Assembly (NCBI GenBank): GCA_029570205.1
Contig: JAKQSI010000042.1
Location: forward strand, 52,936 to 116,935
DNA length: 64,000 nucleotides
Origin: Candidatus Omnitrophota bacterium
Lineage (GTDB): Bacteria > Hinthialibacterota > Hinthialibacteria > Hinthialibacterales > JAKPRU01
Reading direction: 5' to 3'
Both the position numbers and the translations under genes were made by a program. The notes beneath the pieces were generated by a model. It was given only the letters and a program-made list of their open reading frames with translations, did no database searches and was not told the origin of the DNA. Below are positions 1 to 8,871 of this stretch, piece after piece (position 1 is the stretch's first letter; each line of letters opens with the position of its first letter).

Positions 1-308
1 TGAATCGTGAAGCGCTCGAGCGAACTCTGTCTACCGGCAAAATGCACTATTACCGCCGCTCCACGGGACGCTTGTGGTTTAAGGGAGAAGAATCGGGTAA
101 GTATCAGATTGTGAAGGCAGTCCGGGTCAACTGCTATGCGGATTCGCTGCTGTTCCTCGTGGATCAGATCGACGCGGCCTGTCACGAGGGCTACTTCTCG
201 TGTTATTTTCGCGAGTTTGATGAAGAAGGAAATTTGCAGGTAATCGCGGAGAGGATTTTCGATCCGGATGAAGTGTATAAGAAAAAGCAGGGTCGCGATG
301 ATGAGTGA
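1..308 (+). CDS. hisI: Phosphoribosyl-AMP cyclohydrolase HisI, 3' portion (5' end lies upstream of the window)
   Basis: Frame 3 is open from the window edge to the stop at 306-308. The translation ...NREALERTLSTGKMHYYRRSTGRLWFKGEESGKYQ...DAACHEGYFSCYF shows the conserved HisI core (RS..LW.KGE.SG, then CH.G..SCF). Confidence 0.8.
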   Translation, partial: NREALERTLSTGKMHYYRRSTGRLWFKGEESGKYQIVKAVRVNCYADSLLFLVDQIDAACHEGYFSCYFREFDEEGNLQVIAERIFDPDEVYKKKQGRDDE

Positions 309-314
309 GAAGAA

Positions 315-417
315 ACCCCACCCCGGCCCTCCCCGTAAACGGGGAGGGAGCAGGGTTTCCCCCCCATGAACGGGAGGGAAGAGGGTTTCCCCCCGTTTGC
401 GGGGGATTAAGGGGGGT
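315..417. repeat. Dispersed GC-rich hairpin repeat, family A copy 1
   Basis: There is a perfect 9-bp stem CCCTCCCCG/CGGGGAGGG (327-348) and a second stem CCCCCG/CGGGGG (390-405). The segment aaccccaccccggccctcccYgtaaacgSggagggag and the tail ttcccccYgtttRcgggg..attRagggggg recur at 11272-11343. Confidence 0.8.
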
Positions 418-446
418 GAATTCAAGGAAATACGGACGATGCAACT

Positions 447-1937
447 ATGCCGGTAATTGAACCATCTAAAGAAGAATTTCTCCGTCTGGCCCGAAAAGGC
501 AACCTGGTTCCGGTTACGTGTCGGATTCTCGCGGACCTGGAGACGCCGGTTTCGGCCTACATGAAACTCTCGGAAGGGGAAGATCATGCTTTCCTGCTGG
601 AGAGCGCGGAACAGCTCGCCGGACGCGGCCGATATTCATTTATCGGGCTGCGTCCCACGCAGATCATCACCAGCAAAGATCGCCGGATCGCAGTCATTAC
701 AGGGAACCAGGTCAACGAATTCGACCTGCCGGAGACCGAAGATCCCCTGCACACGCTTCGATATGTCATCAATCGGTACAAACCGGCGGGACATGAATCC
801 CTTCCGCCCCTGTGCGGCGGTCTGGTGGGATATTTGGGATACGAAATGATCCGGCATTTCGAGCCTGTCCCGTTCACCAAACCGGATGAATACGGAATGC
901 CGGACTCGGTGTTTTACCTGGCGGACTTGATTGTGGCATTCGATCATCAGAAACACCACACGTTCATTATCGCCTGTGCCTATGTGGAGCATTCGGCGGA
1001 CGCCGCCTACGAGGAAGCCTGCGAACGAATCCGCATGGTCCAGGAACGTCTGGCGAAACCCCTGCCGAGCGAGCGGTTCGGTGCGGGACGCACGGAAGCG
1101 CCGGCTCCCCATTTCAACCGAACCAAAGAGGATTACATGCAGGCGGTGGAAACGGCCAGGGAACATATCCGCGCAGGGGACATTTTCCAGGCCATTGTCG
1201 GGATGCGTGCGGATGTGGAGGTGGAGGCAAACCCGCTGGACATCTATCGCGCGCTGAGGCATGTAAATCCATCGCCGTATATGTTTCTGATCCGATATGG
1301 AGATGCGCACTTGATCGGGGCCTCGCCGGAAATCCTGGTTCGCCTGGAAGGAAATAAGGTGACCTACCGCCCGCTCGCCGGGACCCGTCGGCGCGGCAGA
1401 ACGGCGGACGAGGACCGCGCGCTCGAAGAGGAAATGCGGAACGATCCCAAGGAACGCGCCGAGCATATCATGCTGGTGGACTTGGGACGAAACGATATCG
1501 GACGGGTGTGCCGGTTCCGGACGGTCCAGGTGACGGACCTGATGAATGTGGAGCGATACTCCCATGTGATGCACCTGGTCTCGAACGTGACCGGCGAGTT
1601 GGAAACCGGACGGGATGGATTCGATCTGCTCCGCGCAACTTTCCCGGCGGGAACTCTCACCGGCGCTCCCAAAGTACGCGCCATGCAGATCATTGAGAAC
1701 CTGGAACCCACCCGGCGCGGCCCATACGGCGGTGCGGTGGGATATATCGGATTCGCGGGAGACCTGGATTTTTGTATCACGCTGCGGACCATCCTGATGG
1801 TCGGTCAGAAAGTCTATTTCCAGGCCGGGGCCGGGATTGTCGCCGACTCCGATCCGGAAATGGAATACAACGAATGCCGCAACAAAAGCGGCGCGATGTT
1901 GAAAGCCGTGGAGCTGGCGGAATGCTCGAATGAGTAA
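447..1937 (+). CDS. trpE: Anthranilate synthase component I
   Basis: 496-aa ORF with chorismate-binding-enzyme motifs (LAGTRRRG..DE, DPKERAEHIMLVDLGRNDIGRV, FPAGTLTGAPKVRAMQII, GPYGGAVGY). It is directly followed by trpG. Confidence 0.93.
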   Translation: MPVIEPSKEEFLRLARKGNLVPVTCRILADLETPVSAYMKLSEGEDHAFLLESAEQLAGRGRYSFIGLRPTQIITSKDRRIAVITGNQVNEFDLPETEDPLHTLRYVINRYKPAGHESLPPLCGGLVGYLGYEMIRHFEPVPFTKPDEYGMPDSVFYLADLIVAFDHQKHHTFIIACAYVEHSADAAYEEACERIRMVQERLAKPLPSERFGAGRTEAPAPHFNRTKEDYMQAVETAREHIRAGDIFQAIVGMRADVEVEANPLDIYRALRHVNPSPYMFLIRYGDAHLIGASPEILVRLEGNKVTYRPLAGTRRRGRTADEDRALEEEMRNDPKERAEHIMLVDLGRNDIGRVCRFRTVQVTDLMNVERYSHVMHLVSNVTGELETGRDGFDLLRATFPAGTLTGAPKVRAMQIIENLEPTRRGPYGGAVGYIGFAGDLDFCITLRTILMVGQKVYFQAGAGIVADSDPEMEYNECRNKSGAMLKAVELAECSNE

Positions 1938-1958
1938 AAGCGACACGCAGGTGCAATC

Positions 1959-2525
1959 ATGTTGATCGTTATCGACAATTACGATTCCTTCACATTCAAT
2001 CTTTATCAATACCTGGGCGAGTTGGGGGCGCAAATGGAGGTTTACCGCAACGACAAAATCACGGTCAATGAAGTCCTGCAACGCAAGCCGAACGGGATTG
2101 TCATCTCACCGGGTCCGGGAACCCCCGACGAAGGCGGCATTTCGCTGGAACTGATCGAGCGGGCAAGCGGCAAGATCCCCATCCTCGGCGTCTGCCTGGG
2201 ACATCAATGTATCGGCCAACAGTTCGGCGGCACGGTTCGTCGAGCCGACCGTATCATGCACGGGAAAACATCCCTGATTAAGCACAACAAGGAGAATATC
2301 TTCGAGGGGCTGGACAATCCGTTTGTCGCCACCCGGTATCATTCCCTTATTGTAGACCGTGACAGCCTGCCGGATTGCCTGGAGATTACGGCGGAGACGG
2401 ATGAGAAGGAAATCATGGGTCTGCGGCACAAAGAACATCCGACTTTCGGCGTGCAGTTCCACCCGGAATCTATTCTGACCAAAGAGGGAAAGAAGCTGCT
2501 CGGCAACTTCCTGAAAATGCTTTGA
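1959..2525 (+). CDS. trpG: Anthranilate synthase component II (glutamine amidotransferase)
   Basis: 188 aa. The N-terminus [19 protein letters not shown], the catalytic GVCLGHQ and the FGVQFHPES motif are typical of TrpG/PabA class-I GATases. Confidence 0.92.
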   Translation: MLIVIDNYDSFTFNLYQYLGELGAQMEVYRNDKITVNEVLQRKPNGIVISPGPGTPDEGGISLELIERASGKIPILGVCLGHQCIGQQFGGTVRRADRIMHGKTSLIKHNKENIFEGLDNPFVATRYHSLIVDRDSLPDCLEITAETDEKEIMGLRHKEHPTFGVQFHPESILTKEGKKLLGNFLKML

Positions 2526-2581
2526 TCAACGAATGCAGGGAAGGTGGAATCCGGCGGAAACAAGCAGGGTAGCGATATCAA

Positions 2582-2620
2582 AACCCTCACCCCACCCCTC
2601 TCCCGGAGGAAGAGCGGGGA
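2582..2620. repeat. Dispersed GC-rich repeat, family B (reverse orientation)
   Basis: aaccctcaccccacccctctcccggaggaagagcgggg is the reverse complement type of the cttggagNgNgggccggggggtgagg core seen at 27175, 44971 and 49157. Confidence 0.6.
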
Positions 2621-2712
2621 TCTGCGGGTCCTTGAATGGGCAATCCCGTGGGCTTAAACTACGGTTTACAACGGCTGGGTAATTCCATTGTACCCAGGAG
2701 GGGGTAAACATT

Positions 2713-3762
2713 ATGCCAAAGCGTCAATCACTTTGGAAGCGCGAAACACAATGCCTGGTTTGCGAACACAAAATGAACAATTACCAGGCTATGGCGAAAA
2801 GCCAATCCATCGAATATGACAAGTGGCTCGTCGGTCACTCGCACGGCCTCGGCGACTACGACGACTATCCTTCTACTCTAAAAACTACCGTATGCCCGAA
2901 TTGCCTGACCGCCTCGAATGAATACAGTTTTGGCGTGGATAACTACAAGTATTTCACCCGGAACATGCGTAAGAACGGCGAGCTGGTCGAGATGTTCAAG
3001 GAGACGGAACAGGGACGGTTCAAAGCGCTTACCCGGGAATTCGCCTCCCTGGAGGATGCGTGCGCGATCCTCGACCAGGAAAAGGGAAAGCCGGCCAATA
3101 TGCGCTGTCGCGCAACCCTGGAAAAGGTGTGGAGAGAGCGGGACAAATACGGGGAGCGCTTTTTCACCATGTTGCTCTCTGAACCCCGGGATTATGCCAC
3201 CGCGCTGGTCTGTTTCGCGCTGGACCGGCACTGCCAGATGCTTCGCCTGGGATATGAAAAGGACATCCAATACGACGCGAACAATCCGGAGGATGTCCAT
3301 CAAAAAATAAAGGAATTTTTTGAGGGAACCAGGCTGGAGATGAAATCCGCCGAAACGCGCCTGTTCTACATTGCTGCCAATTATCAACAATGTATTCAAT
3401 TCATCGACGAGATGCTGGAACACATCCCGCCACAGAATCATGAGAAATATGAGGAACGAAAGAAGCTCTATGCCCAGGAGGCGTTCGACTTCTATCGCTA
3501 CAGTTATGCCAATGAAGACATGACCGCCATTCCTCTTGAATTCAAGGAAGGCGGGATAGGCTATTTGCTGTGCCTGTTCTATCGGGAGAGAGGGGAGATG
3601 GAGGAGGCCGCCAAGAACCTGCGGATTGCAAAGCGGTACGCGGATAATACGCTCAAGAAGATTTCCACGACCAACCAGCAGAATTTTATCAACTGGGTGG
3701 ACGACCTGTGCAAGGAACTACTGGCTCCGGAGAGAGAGGGAGCGCAGCCGGCACAGGCGTGA
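2713..3762 (+). CDS. Hypothetical protein with an N-terminal split zinc-ribbon and a helical TPR-like C-terminus (DUF2225-like)
   Basis: 349 aa with C-x2-C (CLVC) and C-P-x-C (CPNC) pairs about 45 aa apart, followed by a long helical region ending in a TPR-like YLLCLFYRERGEMEEAAKNLRIAKRY. The family assignment is from memory of DUF2225 architecture only. Confidence 0.6.
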   Translation: MPKRQSLWKRETQCLVCEHKMNNYQAMAKSQSIEYDKWLVGHSHGLGDYDDYPSTLKTTVCPNCLTASNEYSFGVDNYKYFTRNMRKNGELVEMFKETEQGRFKALTREFASLEDACAILDQEKGKPANMRCRATLEKVWRERDKYGERFFTMLLSEPRDYATALVCFALDRHCQMLRLGYEKDIQYDANNPEDVHQKIKEFFEGTRLEMKSAETRLFYIAANYQQCIQFIDEMLEHIPPQNHEKYEERKKLYAQEAFDFYRYSYANEDMTAIPLEFKEGGIGYLLCLFYRERGEMEEAAKNLRIAKRYADNTLKKISTTNQQNFINWVDDLCKELLAPEREGAQPAQA

Positions 3763-3963
3763 AATGCGCCGGATTTTTTCAGTTTTCGAGAGCATACACA
3801 GCCGTGGGTTCACATTCGCAGCTGTTTTTGTTGTGCGGGAAGGACAGCGGATGGGAGTGCCTGCTCTTTCCCTCATCCCAACCGGGAGGGTGGCGGGAGG
3901 TGCAAAATGGCGGGTGTCTATGTATCCTTCTTATCAGAATCGAGACAAAAGTGAGGCATTCCC

Positions 3964-5451
3964 ATGATAACACGCAGAAACGTTCGCCTGATAGGAGTTG
4001 CAATCATGACCGCATCCTGGATCGTATCGGGTTGTTCCTCAAGCAATGGAGCGCGAGACCGCGCAGCGGTGTTTGCGGGGTCCTGGTACTCCGGCACGGA
4101 AAAAGAACTGATGGCAGAGGTGGATGGATACTTGGCACAGGCCTCCCTGGTCGGCGCAACAGACCAGCCGCGCCCGGTTGCGCTGATCGCTCCCCACGCG
4201 GGATATCGGGCCGCCGGAACGGTCACCGGATACGCATATAAGGCCGTCCAGGGTATCCCTTACGAGCGGGTTGTGGTTCTGGCCCTCTCGCACGGGTATC
4301 CCTTTCAAGGTGTTTCAATTGACGATGTGGATTCGTACACAACCCCCCTGGGAACTGTTCCGCTGGATATCGAGACCTGCAAGAAGCTCCGCGAGCATCC
4401 GCTGGTGCGGTATGTCCCGGAGGCCAATGCACAGGAGCATTCGCTGGAGATACAAATCCCCTTCCTGCAACGCGCCTTGGGCCATTTCAAATTGATCCCC
4501 ATCACGGTCGGCGATATGAAAGACGCCGAATTTAAAGAGGTTGCAAATCTTCTCAAACCCCTGGCGGATGAGAAAACACTCTTTGTGGCCAGTTCGGATT
4601 TCACCCATTTCGGGCCAAGGTTCCAGTACATGCCGTTTCGGGACAATTTCCAGAAAAATATCGCCCTTCTGGACAAATCCGCCGTCAACGCCATTATTCA
4701 CCTGGATGTCGAAGGATTCAATCGGGTTCTGGAGGAGACGCAAGCTACGATCTGCGGACGGAATCCGATTCGCCTGCTGCTCATGTCCCTTCCGGCGAAT
4801 AGCGAAGGCTGCCTGGTAAAGTACGACACCTCCGGGCGGATTTTCGGCGATCCGAGCAACAGTGTGAGTTACGCCGCCATTGTGTTCCGTGCCTATCCCG
4901 ATTATTTGAATGAAACGGAACAGAAAACTCTGCTGAAATTCGCTCGCGACACCATCGCCGCGTATTTGAAAGGACAGCCTCTGCCGAAGATCCCGCCCGA
5001 GCAACTCACCGAGCGACTGAGAAAACCGAGCGGGGCATTTGTGACCATCCATGTTAAAGAACCGTATCAGCTGCGAGGATGTATCGGGTCGGTTTACGCA
5101 AGCCGTCCGCTTTATGAAGACGTTCAGGAGAACGCCATCAATGCCAGCACACGCGACCCGCGATTCCGCCCGATGACCCCGGATGAACTGGATAATGTAC
5201 AGATTGAGATCTCCGTGCTGTCGGAGATGAAAACGGTAAACAGCTATAAGGACATTGTGCTTGGAACGCACGGAATTGTGCTGAAAAAAGGGATGAACCG
5301 CGCGCTGTTTCTGCCGCAGGTTCCCTGGGAGGTCGGCTGGGAAATCGAAGAGACGCTTTCCCACCTGTCACAGAAAGCGGGATTGAGCGCGGATGCCTGG
5401 AAAGAAGGAGCCACATTCGAGGTGTTCACGGCGCAGGTGTTTCACGAGTGA
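3964..5451 (+). CDS. Predicted lipoprotein, fusion of a Memo-like domain (AmmeMemoRadiSam protein B type) and an AMMECR1 domain (protein A type)
   Basis: 495 aa. The N-terminus has a lipobox (IVSGC). The Memo-like part carries APHAGY..AG, ALSHGYPF, QEHSLEIQIPFLQ and SSDFTHFGPRF. The AMMECR1 part carries GAFVTIH...LRGCIGS and RDPRF.P....EL..V.IEISVLS. Confidence 0.85.
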   Translation: MITRRNVRLIGVAIMTASWIVSGCSSSNGARDRAAVFAGSWYSGTEKELMAEVDGYLAQASLVGATDQPRPVALIAPHAGYRAAGTVTGYAYKAVQGIPYERVVVLALSHGYPFQGVSIDDVDSYTTPLGTVPLDIETCKKLREHPLVRYVPEANAQEHSLEIQIPFLQRALGHFKLIPITVGDMKDAEFKEVANLLKPLADEKTLFVASSDFTHFGPRFQYMPFRDNFQKNIALLDKSAVNAIIHLDVEGFNRVLEETQATICGRNPIRLLLMSLPANSEGCLVKYDTSGRIFGDPSNSVSYAAIVFRAYPDYLNETEQKTLLKFARDTIAAYLKGQPLPKIPPEQLTERLRKPSGAFVTIHVKEPYQLRGCIGSVYASRPLYEDVQENAINASTRDPRFRPMTPDELDNVQIEISVLSEMKTVNSYKDIVLGTHGIVLKKGMNRALFLPQVPWEVGWEIEETLSHLSQKAGLSADAWKEGATFEVFTAQVFHE

Positions 5452-5482
5452 GGTTGAGTGCAAAAGATTCAACCCCTTGATG

Positions 5483-5552
5483 TCTCCCCCAATCTTGGGA
5501 GAAAAGGCTTGGCCGTTTCGCTCCCCGACATTGGAGAGGACAGGGCGTGAGC
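5483..5552. repeat. Two family-B-like hairpin units between convergent genes
   Basis: The units are tctcccccaatcttgggagaaaagg and ctccccgacattggagaggacagggcgtgagc. They have the same CTCYCC..loop..GGAGAG plus G-rich tail design as the other B copies. Confidence 0.55.
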
Positions 5553-5565
5553 AATTCCTGAAGAA

Positions 5566-6084
5566 TTACAGCAACGCTTCGATGATGGTCCTTACGAATG
5601 TCGGGAGATCCTCCGGTCTGCGGGCCGTGATCAGTTTGCCGTCTTTGACCGTTTCCCGATCCACCCACTGCGCACCGGCGGCGACCATGTCATCCTTGAT
5701 GGCAAAGAAGGAGGTCGCTGTTTTCCCGTGAAGGATATCGGCGGAAACCAGCATCCATCCGCCATGGCAAATGGCGGCCACTACCCCGCCATCGCTATGG
5801 ACCTTGCGGACGAGTTTTGCCATATTCGGATCGCGTCGCAGGAAATCCGGCGCCCATCCGCCCGGAATGATTACCGCATCGAACTTCTTGCGCAATGCCG
5901 CGAACGAGGAAAGGTTGCTTGTGATCGGATATCCGTGCTTGCTGCGATAAACCTGCCCCGCTTTCGGCGCCACAAGGCTGATCTGTGCGCCTTCCTCGGT
6001 CAGTCGGAAATAGGGATACCAGACTTCCTGGTCCTGGTAGTCCTGTTCCACAAGAATGGCGATTTTTTTACGCCTGAGCGACAT
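5566..6084 (-). CDS. DJ-1/PfpI family protein (type 1 glutamine amidotransferase-like)
   Basis: 172 aa with the nucleophile elbow AAICHGGW and IIPGGWAPD, typical of the PfpI/DJ-1 family. Confidence 0.88.
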   Translation of the reverse strand: MSLRRKKIAILVEQDYQDQEVWYPYFRLTEEGAQISLVAPKAGQVYRSKHGYPITSNLSSFAALRKKFDAVIIPGGWAPDFLRRDPNMAKLVRKVHSDGGVVAAICHGGWMLVSADILHGKTATSFFAIKDDMVAAGAQWVDRETVKDGKLITARRPEDLPTFVRTIIEALL

Positions 6085-6124
6085 GATTGCCCTCCCGGTG
6101 AATTCGTGGATTTATCGGTCTGTC

Positions 6125-6559
6125 TCAAAGCCGTTTGAGAATATCGGCAACTTGCTCTTTCAGGAATGTGATATCGTCCTCGATGCGATCCAGTTTCTTG
6201 GAGGTCTCTTCCATATAGTCCATGATCCGTTCCAGGCGCGCATCGGTATCCTGGGGTTGGTTGGACCGTGACTCTTCTTCCGGTTCCTCGGTTTTTTTCT
6301 GTCGGAACCGATAGAAAAGGCTTTTGGCTTCCTCTCGTGTGAATCCATCCTTATTTCGAACCATGAACGAGAAGCGCTGCGGTGCGAGTGTTTCCGCTGT
6401 GGCGGTCATACCCGCCCGAATCCTTCGAACCCTTTTCTCCATAACCCCCAGGAACAGCTCCAGAAATTCGGCTCGAGTTCTCAGTTCTCCAAATCCGACA
6501 CCATCCGGAACGGAAGCGAACTGCAAAGCCGGGATCAGTTGTCCGCAGGATTCTTCCAT
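6125..6559 (-). CDS. Hypothetical protein (acidic linker plus C-terminal coiled coil)
   Basis: 144-aa ORF filling the gap between two same-strand genes. I recognise no motif. The coding call rests on ORF length, context and codon style only. Confidence 0.45.
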   Translation of the reverse strand: MEESCGQLIPALQFASVPDGVGFGELRTRAEFLELFLGVMEKRVRRIRAGMTATAETLAPQRFSFMVRNKDGFTREEAKSLFYRFRQKKTEEPEEESRSNQPQDTDARLERIMDYMEETSKKLDRIEDDITFLKEQVADILKRL

Positions 6560-6599
6560 GATGTGTCTCCTTCACCGCGTGTGTCCGGATCGAACCCTG

Positions 6600-7577
6600 T
6601 CAATAAAGCGCGCGTTCCAGGGCACGGATTTGTTTGCGGGCTGACTCCGCCCAGCTGCTGCTGGAATCGCGCTGCAGGTAGATTCGATAGTTCTTAAGCG
6701 CTTCCTCCCACTTCCCCCGTTTCTCCAGCAGAACGGCCAGATTGTAGTACGAGTCGGTGTGATCGCCGACTCGAATGGCCTCCTGGTAGGCGGCCATGGC
6801 ATCCTCAACCCGTCCCATGCTTTCATAAGTCACCCCCAGGTTGTTGTATGCACCCGCGAGACCGGGATTCAGGTCCAGCGCCTGACGGTATTCGAAGTGC
6901 GCCCGTTCCAGGTCTCCCTGTTTCAAATAGAGATTCCCGAGGTAATAATGGAACTTCGCATGTTTCGGGGCGATTTCGATACAGGCTTTGTGGGCTTCGA
7001 TAGCCTCTTTCAAATTATTTTCATCGAGCGCCTTCTGAGCGCGCGCCATCAGTGCATCGATTTCTTTCTGCTGCTCCGGTGTGAGAGGCGGTTCCTGAAC
7101 AGCGGGAGCAGCAGCGGGCGTGGCCGCCGGTTGGGGGGCCTCCCGCTTCACCTGCGCGGAAGGCAGATAAGGAAACGGCTGGTGCAATTCCTGTCTTCTC
7201 TCCGGCCGGCCCATCCGCTCCACAACCGTGATTTTCGCTTTCAGTTGTTCCTGTGCATCCCGCGCCTTGGCGTATTCCGGGTTTCCGGTGAGAGCCAGTT
7301 CGAGATGTTTCCCCGCTTCCTCAAATTGTCCCAAATCCATCAACACATACGCCAGACGGAGATGGACAATCGGCCGCGGACTGACCGCCAGGGATCGTCG
7401 ATACGAGCTCGCCGCCGCCTCCAGATTCCCTGCCTCACGGGCCTTCTCTCCCGCGTAATAAAGATCAAGTGCGTATTTGACCTGTTCCTTGAAATCCGGG
7501 CCTTTCTTGCCGCACCCGATCCCTGCAAACAGAATCCACACCGTCAGAACCAATGTTCCGTATTGTCTCATAATCAT
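6600..7577 (-). CDS. TPR-repeat lipoprotein
   Basis: 325 aa with a signal peptide and lipobox (FAGIGCGKK), several TPR units (e.g. YYLGNLYLKQGDLERAHFEYRQALDLNP, YNNLGVTYESMGRVEDAMAAYQEAI) and a Pro/Ala-rich linker. Confidence 0.85.
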   Translation of the reverse strand: MIMRQYGTLVLTVWILFAGIGCGKKGPDFKEQVKYALDLYYAGEKAREAGNLEAAASSYRRSLAVSPRPIVHLRLAYVLMDLGQFEEAGKHLELALTGNPEYAKARDAQEQLKAKITVVERMGRPERRQELHQPFPYLPSAQVKREAPQPAATPAAAPAVQEPPLTPEQQKEIDALMARAQKALDENNLKEAIEAHKACIEIAPKHAKFHYYLGNLYLKQGDLERAHFEYRQALDLNPGLAGAYNNLGVTYESMGRVEDAMAAYQEAIRVGDHTDSYYNLAVLLEKRGKWEEALKNYRIYLQRDSSSSWAESARKQIRALERALY

Positions 7578-7665
7578 CCTTTATCCGCCGGCGGCCAATA
7601 TCGTGAATGCGATCATTCAACCATATTTCCCGCAAAACCGGCAGTCCTGTGGACTTGCGCCCGGA

Positions 7666-8775
7666 TCATCCGACAGGCGTTTCTCGAGGAAGATCTTTCT
7701 TTCGAATGTGTTCGTCCCAATACTGGATCCATTCGGCTCGATCCCGACGAACGACATTCCAGTCGATGGGCATTTTGCGGAGCATGTCCCTGACATCCAC
7801 GCCTCTCAGCCACTCCGGAAGCCGGTCTCCAAGGTCATCCCGCGTGGGAATCCGGTAATAGCCGTTTTTCGGATCGGCCAGATAGAGCTGCATATCGGCG
7901 CTCGTGACGAACTCGACAAACTCTTTGCCGGTCTCCAGGTGGGAACAGCCGCGAATCAGGGCCACCCCCTCGGTCAGGACCGGTGTCCCGCTTTCCGGGA
8001 TGACATAGCCGAGATTGTAATTATACCGATGTCGCTGCACGACCACATCCGGCAGGGTCCATATTGTGATGGCTGCCGGGTTGCCTTCGTTCAGTCGCGC
8101 AAATAAATGATCCGTGTTCTCCGTGTGAGCAAGAACATTGGACTCCAGATTCCGCAGCCATTCGTAGCCTGCATCGGGGTTACCGGAGCTGCCGGAGCGG
8201 GCTTGAATCAGCGCGGCAAATATCTGCCCCATAGCCTCGGTAATGACCGGGTCCTGGATCAGAATGCGGCCTTTCCATTTCGGATTCAGCAGGTCCTCCC
8301 AGTCTCGTGGCGCTTCCCAGTCCGGGATGGCGGCCTTGTTGTATACAATGACAGCCGGCAAAACAAAGGTCCCCAGCCAATAGTAATCCGGGTCACGCAG
8401 GTCCAGGCTGAGATGAGCGGCAACTTCCGCTGCCGGGCATGGGTCCAGCAGGCCATCTGCTTTTGCTTCCATGAACATCAAAGAGGATCCGCCCCACCAG
8501 ACATCACATCGCGGCTGGACTCGTTCTTCCTCGATTTGCCGGAGAATCGCGTGGGATGGAATACTGAAAGAGGTCGTCCGTATCCCAATCTCGTCATTTT
8601 GATGCTGCGCCTCAAACCGGTGTGCAATATCCTCCACGATCTCCAGCCCGTGCGGAGAATACACCACCAGATGATGAAACCGCCTCGGCCCCTTCGAGCA
8701 ACCGCACACAACCAGTCCGGTTCCGATCAGAACCGCCATGAACCGTTTCCACGTCCTGTTCGTTTCGGTACACAT
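7666..8775 (-). CDS. ABC-transporter periplasmic substrate-binding lipoprotein (iron(III)/polyamine-type fold)
   Basis: 369 aa with lipobox LVVCGCS. The pattern LVVYSP......DVWWGG....F, ..AVIVYNK and W.DLLNPKWKGRI is typical of Fbp/PotD-like solute-binding proteins. No permease or ATPase is adjacent. Confidence 0.75.
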   Translation of the reverse strand: MCTETNRTWKRFMAVLIGTGLVVCGCSKGPRRFHHLVVYSPHGLEIVEDIAHRFEAQHQNDEIGIRTTSFSIPSHAILRQIEEERVQPRCDVWWGGSSLMFMEAKADGLLDPCPAAEVAAHLSLDLRDPDYYWLGTFVLPAVIVYNKAAIPDWEAPRDWEDLLNPKWKGRILIQDPVITEAMGQIFAALIQARSGSSGNPDAGYEWLRNLESNVLAHTENTDHLFARLNEGNPAAITIWTLPDVVVQRHRYNYNLGYVIPESGTPVLTEGVALIRGCSHLETGKEFVEFVTSADMQLYLADPKNGYYRIPTRDDLGDRLPEWLRGVDVRDMLRKMPIDWNVVRRDRAEWIQYWDEHIRKKDLPRETPVG

Positions 8776-8871
8776 GACACCGCCATTCTATCGGCTCACA
8801 ATCCGCATGACAACGGTCTGTTTCTACCCGCCGTTTTTTTCGCAAGACAGGTTGCGTAGAGTAGATAAGAA

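Noticed and set aside
309-446. Hairpins upstream of trpE as a possible trp attenuator
   Set aside because: There is no leader ORF with Trp codons and no U-tract after the stems. The same element recurs at 11272-11343 in an unrelated context, so it is a dispersed repeat.
636-2081. Long antisense or out-of-frame ORFs opposite or overlapping confident genes. Examples: 636-2081 (-) opposite trpE, 21255-22289 and 22181-23530 (+) opposite trpB2/corA, 25600-26622 (+), 34807-36024 (-) opposite sucC, 36380-37249 (-), 43835-44836 (-), 47512-48669 (-) opposite the desulfurase, 51868-53325 (-) opposite ilvB, 55979-56695 (-) and 60908-61834 (-).
   Set aside because: Each lies entirely within a gene whose product has clear family motifs. 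Their translations are low-complexity, Arg/Gly/Pro-rich and motif-free. This is the usual shadow-ORF pattern of GC-rich DNA.
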